From assembly GCA_001643675.2 (NCBI GenBank), contig LSRY02000036.1, forward strand, positions 992,001 through 1,056,000: a stretch of DNA of 64,000 nt. The letters are read 5' to 3'. Origin of the DNA: Monocercomonoides exilis PA203. Its lineage: Eukaryota; Protista; Preaxostyla. How positions within the stretch are numbered: the first letter of the stretch is position 1; every line of letters starts with the position of its first letter. Both the position numbers and the translations under genes were made by a program. The notes under the pieces were generated by a model that was not told where the DNA came from, ran no database searches, and saw nothing but the letters and a program-made list of their open reading frames with translations. Below, one piece after another: positions 12,325 through 22,929 of the stretch.

Positions 12325-14734
12325 ATGGCTTCTGAGGAGCGAAAAGGAATGGAAAATGTCCGCAAATATTTTGCAGGAATTGAAGACGTATTGGACTCTG
12401 GTACTATGGAAGAAGAAGGTTTTAACTTTCTTGATTTGTGAAGAATTAACGAGTTTTTTAATAGATCGATATATTCTGCTTGAAAACGTTTTTAGTGAAA
12501 TGAAGGAAAAAGAAGTCAGATATATATGTGATCCTTATTGCAGTAGAGTTCTCGAAAAACTCCTTAAGCTTGCTTCAGAGAAGCAATTGAGACGTTTTTT
12601 CCAAAATATAATTCCTTTGTTTGCAAAACATTGACAAATATTTTTGATAATATTTATCTTATCAATATTCAGCACTCATAAAATAATATACAACCATAAC
12701 GCATCGAATGTTGTGGAACTTCTTTTGACACAAGCTTTCAATTATTCTGACAATGTTCAAGAATCAGAAGCTGCTGATGATGAGGAGCCAATACAATCTC
12801 TCCGTGAATTAGTTTCTTCGTTTATTGGAGTTTGAAGCTTCTTCTTCTCTTTCTTTTTTTATAGAATGTTTTTTGCTGATAACTAACTTTTGAAGCATAT
12901 TCGTGATCACATGTGGGACGTGATGTCCGATGTTTATTCAAATCACGTTTTCAGAACTTTTCTTGTATGTCTTGCTGGATGTAAATACGAAAAACCAAAG
13001 GGGAAAGATTCGCATGCTCGTTCTAGTCGAAAGAGCGCTGAAAAGCAGATTGTTGCTGTATGATGTTCTTAGTCAGTTGAGAATATTAAAAACCATCTAA
13101 TTTATTTCTTTCATTTATTTTTTGTTTTTTTATTTGATATTCGCTTCAATAGCATAAACCACTTCCATTTCCAGCTTTGTGGGATCAGATTGTGCAACTT
13201 CTTATTGGATTGCCTCATCTGCAGATGAATACAGTCAGTACATTGTGTCACTATATTGTATCTCTTGTTTATCAAGACTTCTTTCAAATTGTTGCAGCAT
13301 TGAGAAATTATGTGAAGTGCAAGGGAATAATGAAAAGCTCCTCATCAGCTCCGTCTTTGGCATCTAACTTATTTAACAAAGACGGTTTGTGTCTCAATTA
13401 ACTATATTTTTGCCTTTCCTTTTCACTTCTATTTCTTTTATATTGTTACCGTTTCATGTTATTTAAATTTTTGATATTCTTTTTATCATTTTCTTTTTAT
13501 TCCCTTCATTCAGAATGTGTTCCAATGAGTGCTCTTTCATCGGTGAGACAGGCTGCTCTTCGAGAGATCGATTATGAGGATATGCTGAAAAGAGTATTGG
13601 GCAAGGTTTATTCAACATCTCCGATCTGCAATGAAGAGAATGATAATAAAGGGGAAAATGAAATGAAGGATAATGATGATGATGAAGAGGAAGAGGAAGA
13701 AAGGGAGGAGGAAGAAGAGGAAGAGGAAGAAGAGGAAGAGGAAGAGAAGGAAAAAAGAGTTAAAAAACAAAAATTAGAAAAAACAAAGAGTGAAAAGAAA
13801 AAGAAAGATTCCAAAGAAGATGATGAAAATGAATTAAAAGAAAAAAAGAGCAAAGAAGAAGACGAAGATAAGGAAGAGGAGGAGGAAGAGGAAGAGGAAG
13901 AAGAAGAAGAAGAAGAAGAAGAAAGTGAGTCATTTGAGCATATGTCACAGCCTCAGCGCATGTCACTTCCATCTCTTGAAAACATATCCTCTCCGATGTA
14001 TTCTTTGATGCTGGACACAATTGGCTCTCGTGTGGTCGAAGTGATCATTCGAGGGATGGAAGAGCAGACGCTGCGCGGATTCATCTCCACACACAAAATT
14101 GATGAGTATTTGATTCCTCTTTCACTGCATTATTCTGCGAACCATGTTGTGCAGACGATTATGACTGTTGTGAATGATCCGTTTTTGGGCACAGAAATTG
14201 TCGATATGCTTTTGAATGAGCTGGAACTGCTTGTGAAAGGTGCTCCTTTCGAAGAGAAAAGTGCAACAGAAGAAAAACAGGGGAAGGGTGAGAAAAGATT
14301 GAAAGGAGATGGAGAAGAAGAAAAAGAAAGCGAAGGACAGTCTGAGAAGGATTCGAAAGAAAGTGAGCAGAGCGAATATGGAAATGAGAATGAAAGCTAT
14401 GCGAATGATGGGGGGATGAAGACAGGAGTCATATTGGAGTTGTTCAAAATGTGTCAGCGGTTTCATTACAAACAGAAAGAGATTTTGAAGAGCATGAAGA
14501 ACATTTTGTGTCCAAAGGGGCAAAAAGAAATTGAAGACGAGGCAGAAAATGAAAGCAGCGAAAATGATGAAGTGGAAAGTGAAGAAAACGAAAAAAAATT
14601 GAAAAAAGGAACTGAAAAAGAGAATAAAGACAAACAAAAAAAAGAAGAAAAAGATGGAGATGAAGATCTAACTCCAAAGAAAAGACGTCGATCAGAAGCT
14701 GCAGCATCATCTTCCAATTCTTCTTCTTCTTCTT

Positions 14735-14769
<35 letters not shown>

Positions 14770-15914
14770 GTTACTCCAAATTCATCGAATCCTCCTTTGT
14801 ATGCCTTCTTCCTGCAGCTAATCCAACTTGGACTGACACCATCTTCTCTGTTTTCTGAGATGATTCCTCAGTTTGTGCTGTTCAACAACGATCTGATTGA
14901 GGCAGACAGAAAAATGAGTTTAAAAGAGAAAAAGCTTCAGGAATCGAAGAGTGGCTCATCAGCCTCAACTGCACAGAAGTCGAAAAAAGAGAAAAAAAAG
15001 CAAGGAAAAGACTCGAAAGAAGCAAAGCAAAACAGCTCAAAAGAAGAAAAAGAGGAAGATATCGACATTTCTGCAGACATTCCCATTCCGCCACTTGCTG
15101 TGTCATACTACGGATGCCAAATCTGCTCTGTCATCACCCAATTTGAGTCTGCCCCGTCTCAGCTCTTCTTCGCCTCTCTTTTTTCGCTAAACAAATGTGC
15201 TTCTTTGACCCTTTCGTATCATCCAGTGGGATGCCATTTTGTGCAGTCTCTTCTGCGCAGCGAGGCAATCACTCGAAAGAGGAAGGCTGAATGGCTTGTG
15301 TGTGTGTGCTCGAATGCTGAGAATCTTGCACGTGACAAGTATGGCAGCAGAGTCGTTGAAGCAAGCTACGAAATTGGAAGCCAATGGATAAAAGTGTGTG
15401 AATTTGTGTGAGTGAGTTTTACAGTTAGAATTTGCTTCAACAATTTTTCCTTTTTTTTTTCCTTTAACATTTAATATTATCATTTGAATATTTTTATTTT
15501 CTTCTTTTGTTAGGAACAAATCTGCCGTCGGCTGATGGAAAACTCAAAAGATGTGACTGCATCTCCGATTGGCCGCATTGTGTTTAACAAATGCGAAGTG
15601 CATCTTTTCTGGCATCAGGTCTGATTATTAAGTTTTTCAAGTCTTTTATTTTTCATTTTTTGAATGGATTTTTATCTTCATTTTATCCTGTTGAATGTGA
15701 TATGTGAATGCAGAATAATGAGTGGAGAAAGCGCATCATGCAAAGAGAAAAGGCAAAGGAATTGTTTACTTCTGATAAATCTCCTTCCAACAAAGCCACA
15801 AATAAAAAACAGAATTCAGGAAAGAAAACAGAAGGAAAACAGAAAAACATCAGCAATCCAAAGCAAAGATTTCCAAATAAGAAGCAGAATCGTAGAGAGA
15901 ACAAAAAAAGATGA
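12325..15914 (+). CDS. NOP9: Nucleolar protein 9 (Pumilio/Puf-like repeat protein, 18S rRNA maturation), about 8 exons
   Basis: Puf-like repeats YCSRVLEKLL, NASNVVELLL, YSNHVFRT, IGSRVVEVII, YSANHVVQTIM, GCHFVQSLL and DKYGSRVVEA. N-terminus MASEERKGMENVRKYF. Last exon NNEWRKR. Confidence 0.85.
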
Positions 15915-16548
15915 TTCAAAGACACACTTCAATGTTAATATAAGCACTTCACGGTAATGTTGTTACAGTTGGTTTTGGAATGTTAAAAATACACCGCAAT
16001 TTGTTTATTAATCTTCTCTTTTTCCATGATTTTTTTTTCATGACTTTTTCTCGAACATTCTTCACTTCAAAAAAAGTTGTTGGAGAGGTGGGAAAATCGC
16101 GGGAAAAGTGAAGACAGACAAGAAAAATTGAAAACTTTATGTTTTTGATAATTTTCATCATTTTTTATTAAGATTTGTCAAAACTCATTCAGAAAGCCAA
16201 AAGGAATTCTGCAAACAATATACAAATAAATGATAATATAATAGAAGATAAAATATTTGCTAGGAATCGTTAAACACATTTCGTGTTGAAGCAACGAAAT
16301 ATCAAACATAATTTCGGAAAAAAAAATGTGAATATTCAGATTGATGAAATCGAATTAGAAAGCTGAAGACGAAAGCTGAATGGGATTTTTCGTTCAGAAA
16401 ATTGCACAATTTCAAGGAACATAATTTAAGGATGGCAAATGAAGTGCATAATCTCATCTCTCAAATACTACACAAAAACTTATTGAAGAAGAATTTATAA
16501 GAACACAAATTGAATGAATAAGTTGATATGTGCAAAGCATAAGTTCAT

Positions 16549-17664
16549 TCAAGAAATTGATATCAACCCAACAAGCAAAACAATCAACCCCACCCACATT
16601 TTTTTCCATGCGACGCATATAATTCCTGCACTCTTCTGCTCAGCAATAAGAGGAAAAAACCACGCTGTAATGTTTGAGCCTGTGCTCATTCTGTCAACAG
16701 CTCCAACACGAAAGACATGACCGATATCATCGCCAAGCCTTGTTGAAAGCATCTTCTCAGATTTAACGAGCCAGAACTCGTCGCCTGGCTTTTCTTCGCG
16801 CGGAGAGCGCACACCCCAGCCCATAAGAGTCAGCACGTAAGGAACCTTATCTTCTGTTGTTTCTGCTGAGACTAAAACTGATGAGTCCTCGTCGAATTTT
16901 TCAGCAAAATCAAACCAATCCTTGAATGGTATTTCCATTGTTATAATGCAGTGCCCGTATGCAAGCATCAAATCTTTGATAACGTCCGCAGGCTGATTAA
17001 CAACTTTTAACATCGCATATTTGTTTTTAAAAAATAATTCGAATTGATCACTATTTGTGCATTTTGCAGGGCATTCTTCAGTTACACTCAAAGTTGAAGA
17101 ATAACAGGTATCTTCCACAAATCCATTCTTTATTGCTAGTGGAAGAGCTGATGGTGTAATGTGGTCGCATTTATCAGAAGGTCGATGACGAGTCCCTTCG
17201 TCATTGTTATAGAGACCAACACATGATAATGAGTGACTTATTGAAATTGAATGATTACTACGATCATCCAAATACATGTTCAATCCAAGCGCATCATAAA
17301 ATGATCTAACTCCTTCTGAAACATCGTCCCAGTCACAATTCTTGGATGCATCCTCGTAAGATATCTTATACTGTTTTAAATTTGACAGTCTAGCTTCAGG
17401 GATCAAAGTAAAGTTTTGAGAAAGTGGTCTTGGATTATCGTATGATAGACAATAGTTCGATATCATTTCTATTGTCGTATTCTTATAAGACACAAAATTC
17501 GAATCATTGACTGAATAAAAATAGTAGCCCTTTTCCAAAGCAGCTTGAGGCTTCCTTTCTAAATGTGTGTGCAAGCCTTTTGCCGATAAATTCTTAGCTT
17601 CAATGGTATCATTGCTAATTTCGCAAAGCGCCAAATAAATGGAAAGCAAAATATTAAAAATCAT
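16549..17664 (-). CDS. Catalytically dead cathepsin-B/papain-family (C1A) homologue with signal peptide and C-terminal hydrophobic anchor
   Basis: Colinear with the cathepsin B at 31333-32199 (SHSLSC, IKNGFVEDTCY, CPAKCTN, YGHC, MGWG, FWLVK). CGSCW is replaced by CDWDD, HAV by YVL and NSW by SEK. Start MIFNILLSIYLALC; C-terminal WVGLIVLLVGLISIS. Confidence 0.7.
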   Translation of the reverse strand: MIFNILLSIYLALCEISNDTIEAKNLSAKGLHTHLERKPQAALEKGYYFYSVNDSNFVSYKNTTIEMISNYCLSYDNPRPLSQNFTLIPEARLSNLKQYKISYEDASKNCDWDDVSEGVRSFYDALGLNMYLDDRSNHSISISHSLSCVGLYNNDEGTRHRPSDKCDHITPSALPLAIKNGFVEDTCYSSTLSVTEECPAKCTNSDQFELFFKNKYAMLKVVNQPADVIKDLMLAYGHCIITMEIPFKDWFDFAEKFDEDSSVLVSAETTEDKVPYVLTLMGWGVRSPREEKPGDEFWLVKSEKMLSTRLGDDIGHVFRVGAVDRMSTGSNITAWFFPLIAEQKSAGIICVAWKKMWVGLIVLLVGLISIS

Positions 17665-17731
17665 CTCTTTATCATAAGTATTTGCGTTTGGGAGTAATGA
17701 TCTTTTATTTTTTTTTTCAATTAACAGCTGC

Positions 17732-20308
17732 ATGATGACAATTTTATTGTTGCTATTTTGGATTACAATAAATTGTTTATTTTACACGGGGATGGAGGAA
17801 GGAGTTCGACTTCCAACTATTATTGATTGCCCACAAACAAAATGCGCATCTTCTTCACATGTTTTTGATGTTACTAACGCTTCTCTGACAATAACATCGA
17901 TCTCCATGAGCAATATCTATAATTTTCATCTTTTTTCTTTGTCTAATGCTAGTAAACTTTACTTATTTTCATGCTTTCTCAATGGAAATTATTCAGATAA
18001 TTCTATTTTTCTTCAAAAAGATTCGGAGATTATTCTGAATCAAGTATCTGTTAATCATAAAAACAAAAATTTCATAACACATATTGTTGAGTCACCTAGT
18101 AAATTGGGTTCTATTTCTATGGCACATATGATTTTTTCCGACTGTTGTACAATAGGGGATTTACCATTGCTTGGCAATGAATATAATGTTAATGTTTCGA
18201 TAGACAACTGTCAATTTAGTAATATATCGAGTAAGGTTCCTTTTTATTACATGGATCTTAAGCATGATTTATCAAAATGCGTAATTCAGCATTCTTCATT
18301 TTGCAATTGCGAAGATACTCTAAGGTCATCAATTGTTTGCTTTGAAGGCTACAAAGAATTTAAAAGTGTAAATTGCTCATATGAATATATCCGAACAAAG
18401 GATAGCTTTTGGAAACGTAATAAATCTAAAATGAAAAATCAAACATATGTGAGCTCTCAAAATATACGAGAATCAGCTGAATTTTCAAATTGCATGTTTT
18501 TGCGTTGTACGGCACGCAATGGAGGAGCCATTCGCATCATGAGCAGAGATTCTTATCTCACTATTATTAGCTGCAAATTTGATGAATGCTCTGCTGATGA
18601 ACTTTGTGGAGTCATTTGTGCTGTTTCGTCAAGTGGAACGTATACTCCGTTTTGGGTTAAAATTGAAGACACAAGCATGTGCAACTGCTCTGCGCAATCG
18701 TGGGGAGGAATTGGAATTGCAGGAACTTTATTACTGCAGAAAGTGAAAGCGGAGAATATTAGTGCTTATGATACAGGATTCGTACTGTATGATCCAGTCG
18801 TGCAAGATGTCACATGGACAGAAGTGACTGCTTCAAAATGCTCTTCAAATGGGACGAGTCGCTATGAAGGCGATGGCGGCTGCTTTTACATCGAGCAAAT
18901 AGATCACAGTATTTTCCTTAAAAATAGCTCGTTTTCGTTCAACTATGCAGCTAACCGGGGCGGAGCATTTCTCTTTGCTTATTCTGCAAATGCCTCGGTG
19001 CAATTCACATTTTGCCGCTTTGTGTCGAATGCGGCAGATGGGAAGCTGAATTACGGCAGCAGCAAAGCAAATGGTAAGGCGATGGAGATATTCGATGCAA
19101 TGGCTGACAGAAAAAGAGGCGAGCTCGGAAAAATGAGCATGGAAGCTGAGCAGAGTCGGAACATTGTTCTATCAGCAGCCAGCGAAAGTGGAAACGACAT
19201 CTTTTGCACGCAGCAGGTGGCGTCTCTGCTGTCTGCATCGTCTTTCGAGAATTGCTCCTCGAACAGCAGCAGCCCACTTGTGTTTGTCGAGGCAAGAGGC
19301 GCCTTCGACAGCTGGATAACAGACAGCAACAGCAGCAAGAACGGCAGCAAGACAAACGACCCATACAAAAGCTTTGATTTCTTCCTGCAGTTTCTTTCGA
19401 TAATCATATCAGTCTGTATGGTTATGGGTGTTGCGGTCTTTTGCTGCTATGCCTGCAAAAAATTTTCGAAAAGAAAAAGAGCAAACGAGGATGATGAAGA
19501 AGATGGAGCCCAGAGAGAAAGGAACGGAAGACGCACTCAAAGGAATCGCGGCAGAAGAGTGAATTATTCTGAAGAAATGACTTCTGCCAATGAGCATGTG
19601 AATATTCCTTCGATGGCTGTTCTGCCTCCTTATTCTGTAGCCACTCAGATGGATGGCGAAGTGGCTATTCCGGCAGAGCTGCCGGCTGCTGAGCAAAATG
19701 AGAATGCTTCCCAAACAGAAATTCCAGCCATCCTGTTATCTCCTCCGTCATCAACTGCCTCAGCCTCAGCGTCTGTTTCTTCACTTTCTCCTAATCACAC
19801 AGATCACACTTCATTCCAGTCACAATACCCATCAACAACACCCTCGCCATCAGCGATGTCGAGTTCTCAAGCTCAGCATCCACCTTCTTCTCTTCCTTCG
19901 AACGTTCCTGCTTCTTATCCAGCTGTTGCTTCAGACAGCGAGAATGCTTTGTATGAAGTGGTGAACAATGCTCTCCCTTCACCTTCACTTTGTGTGACTT
20001 CTACTTTTCCTTTGTTTCCTTGTCCTCAGAATGCCTCTTCCTCTTCCTCTTCCTCTTCTTCTTCTTCTGATGGATTGTCCAGTTATGGTGCTTCTTCCTC
20101 TCACAGTTTGAGCGAGGCTGGTCATTCAGCTTCTGCAAGCGCATCAACAAGCATGTATGAAATGCCCCTTGCCAGTCAATATTCGTCCTCAGCAGTCGCT
20201 GTTCGCTCAGATTCTTCAGAAGAATATTCTCCAAATGCTGCATCTGCTTCAGATGGACTCAATATTTATTCAGGCATCAAAAATTCGCCAGAAGAGATCA
20301 TCATGTAA
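17732..20308 (+). CDS. Type I membrane surface protein with probable right-handed beta-helix ectodomain and S/P-rich cytoplasmic tail
   Basis: Intronless 858-aa ORF with a signal peptide, repeated FxxC and GGA(I/F) motifs, TM segment FLSIIISVCMVMGVAVFCCYAC followed by KKFSKRKR, and a tail containing LPPY. Confidence 0.8.
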   Translation: MMTILLLLFWITINCLFYTGMEEGVRLPTIIDCPQTKCASSSHVFDVTNASLTITSISMSNIYNFHLFSLSNASKLYLFSCFLNGNYSDNSIFLQKDSEIILNQVSVNHKNKNFITHIVESPSKLGSISMAHMIFSDCCTIGDLPLLGNEYNVNVSIDNCQFSNISSKVPFYYMDLKHDLSKCVIQHSSFCNCEDTLRSSIVCFEGYKEFKSVNCSYEYIRTKDSFWKRNKSKMKNQTYVSSQNIRESAEFSNCMFLRCTARNGGAIRIMSRDSYLTIISCKFDECSADELCGVICAVSSSGTYTPFWVKIEDTSMCNCSAQSWGGIGIAGTLLLQKVKAENISAYDTGFVLYDPVVQDVTWTEVTASKCSSNGTSRYEGDGGCFYIEQIDHSIFLKNSSFSFNYAANRGGAFLFAYSANASVQFTFCRFVSNAADGKLNYGSSKANGKAMEIFDAMADRKRGELGKMSMEAEQSRNIVLSAASESGNDIFCTQQVASLLSASSFENCSSNSSSPLVFVEARGAFDSWITDSNSSKNGSKTNDPYKSFDFFLQFLSIIISVCMVMGVAVFCCYACKKFSKRKRANEDDEEDGAQRERNGRRTQRNRGRRVNYSEEMTSANEHVNIPSMAVLPPYSVATQMDGEVAIPAELPAAEQNENASQTEIPAILLSPPSSTASASASVSSLSPNHTDHTSFQSQYPSTTPSPSAMSSSQAQHPPSSLPSNVPASYPAVASDSENALYEVVNNALPSPSLCVTSTFPLFPCPQNASSSSSSSSSSSDGLSSYGASSSHSLSEAGHSASASASTSMYEMPLASQYSSSAVAVRSDSSEEYSPNAASASDGLNIYSGIKNSPEEIIM

Positions 20309-20855
20309 GGAAGTGAATGCACATTCTAGTGAACATGATTTTTGTTTTTTTCATGAGAATTGCCTTTTGTGGTGATTTGATGGTTGATTTAATGTTTGTT
20401 ATTTTTTTTTTATGAAAAAATGTGTTTTCATCAAGAATCTTTCTTTTTTTATTATATTTTGTGATTCCTTTGTGCAATCTATATTATTTGAATATTTACA
20501 ATGTATTTGTTCGTTTTTTTGTTGAATCTTTTTGGTTTTTCCATTTCAGTAAATCAACATTTCCAATTAGAAATTTAATTCAATGTTTTGATTTGCTTTG
20601 ACAAGTGAAGTTGTTTTATCAGAGTGATGATGTTGAGAACATAGAAATTGACATTTCTTTCGCTCTGAATTTTTGTTCCTTTTCTTTTTGTAAAATTTCA
20701 TCATTTTGATTTGTCACATAATTCTTTTAAGCAATTTATTATTTATCTCAAAATGAAATATTGCAAATCCTAACCCCTTTCCCTATTATGAATTTTAAGT
20801 TATTCGTTTCTTTGCTAATATTTTATTTTATAACTATTTTTGATTTTGAAATATA

Positions 20856-22486
20856 CACCAAAAATAATTCAAATTCGAAAAAAAATAATTCGAATTCGGA
20901 AATTAATAGGGTCAACTTTTCAATGGGACTTTTTCCATTATTGGAACTTTTTTTGTTTTTGCTTGCAAAATTCTGAGAAATGAGAAGTAGTTTTCAGCAT
21001 TTTAAAAATCCTTTTTAACAAGTTTTATTCTATTTATTTGCAATTTGTTTTTATATTTTTACTTGTTACACATTGAGAAATTTCGTTTTTTTGTTAAATT
21101 TAAAAGGACTTTTTCTAGCCAACTGGGAATCGCTCAAGAAATTGGGGACATGTTTTATATAGCATTTGCTTCGAACTATTAATCTTTAAAACCTTTTTTT
21201 TCACAAACATTTTTTTCTTGATTTTTTCGCATTTCAAATTTTCATCAACATGATAACATAAAACTGATTATTTCTTTATTAATATAATGAAATGAAAAAA
21301 ATAAAAATATGATATGAAAAACAAATACTTTAATAATGAAGTGTTGAAAAAATAAAATATTCTCATTTTCTATTTGTCAAGAATTTAACTTTGTTACTAA
21401 AGTTTGATCGAAGATCATTTTAAGTTTGTGCCTTTTTGTCTGTTTGAGACAAACAGAAAATGAGAATACAGATATCGCATAAAATACCGGACATCGCACA
21501 AAATACCGGACAAGATCGATATCTCAATAACCGCAAGAAGAAAAATTCTGATAATTTCCCTCAAAATACATCTCATCAATGCAAACTCATTTGATACACA
21601 AGACTGTTAAACCAGCTTCATTTGTGCTCAGAAAAAATTATCGATTGAAATCTCGTTGAAACTCAAAATCCTATTTCTCCGAGTATTAAATGATAATTTT
21701 TTCTGAGCACAAATGAAGCTGGTTTAACAGTCTTGTGTATCAAATGAGTTTGCATTGATGAGATGTATTTTGAGGGAAATTATCAGAATTTTTCTTCTTG
21801 CGGTTATTGAGATATCGATCTTGTCCGGTATTTTGTGCGATGTCCGGTATTTTATGCGATATCTGTATTCTCATTTTCTGTTTGTCTCAAACAGACAAAA
21901 AGGCACAAACTTAAAATGATCTTCGATCAAACTTTAGTAACAAAGTTAAATTCTTGACAAATAGAAAATGAGAATATTTTATTTTTTCAACACTTCATTA
22001 TTAAAGTATTTGTTTTTCATATCATATTTTTATTTTTTTCATTTCATTATATTAATAAAGAAATAATCAGTTTTATGTTATCATGTTGATGAAAATTTGA
22101 AATGCGAAAAAATCAAGAAAAAAATGTTTGTGAAAAAAAAGGTTTTAAAGATTAATAGTTCGAAGCAAATGCTATATAAAACATGTCCCCAATTTCTTGA
22201 GCGATTCCCAGTTGGCTAGAAAAAGTCCTTTTAAATTTAACAAAAAAACGAAATTTCTCAATGTGTAACAAGTAAAAATATAAAAACAAATTGCAAATAA
22301 ATAGAATAAAACTTGTTAAAAAGGATTTTTAAAATGCTGAAAACTACTTCTCATTTCTCAGAATTTTGCAAGCAAAAACAAAAAAAGTTCCAATAATGGA
22401 AAAAGTCACATTGAAAAGTTGACCCTAATTCAATTTCGTAATTTATAAATTCGATTTCGAAAAAAAACAATTCAATTTCGAAACGA
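20856..22486 (+). repeat. 21-bp tandem array A (consensus AATAATTCAATTTCGAAAAAA, 5 units, preceded by TA-CACCAAA), interrupted in unit 3 by the foldback element
   Basis: Units at 20863-20883, 20884-20904, 20905-20908 plus 22428-22444, 22445-22465 and 22466-22486. Confidence 0.8.
20909..22425. mobile_element. Non-autonomous foldback element: 734-bp inverted arms around a 49-bp spacer, GGGT...ACCC ends, TA on both sides
   Basis: Arm 20909-21642 is the reverse complement of 21692-22425. One mismatch seen near the outer end (caatgggact vs caatgtgact). TA at 20907-20908 and 22426-22427. No substantial ORF. Confidence 0.85.
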
Positions 22487-22929
22487 AAATCTTTTTTGAT
22501 TTGTGGAATGAATAACTTGTGTTAGGTGTTTTGAATTCTTTAAATTGGGTGATTTTTTTTGATATCATAAAAAAAGATCAAAAATCGAAAAAATATAATC
22601 TGTAGTGGTATTTATTGATCAAAAAGTTAAATTGGTATTTCATAAGTATTTAGCTTTTATTTCTGTCATATATATTTGTTTTATTTATTAATATAAAAAA
22701 TCATACCTTTTTGATAATCTTGGTGCAAAAAGAATTTTTTTTGATCAAGTTAAATAAAAATGAACCTAAAACTAATAAAGTTAAACCAACAAAACACATC
22801 AATAAGAAACAAAAGATTCTTAACCTATTGAACAAAGCTAATAAAAGGAAAAAACATTTAAAAAAACTTTAAAGAATAAAATTAATATGAGTATTTAAAT
22901 GTTTTTTAAAAAAAAGCATATGTTTTCCC

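Noticed and set aside
20909-22425. Polinton/Maverick or viral terminal repeats
   Set aside because: No polB, integrase or capsid genes, and the ends are GGGT with TA rather than AG-type ends with a 6-bp TSD.
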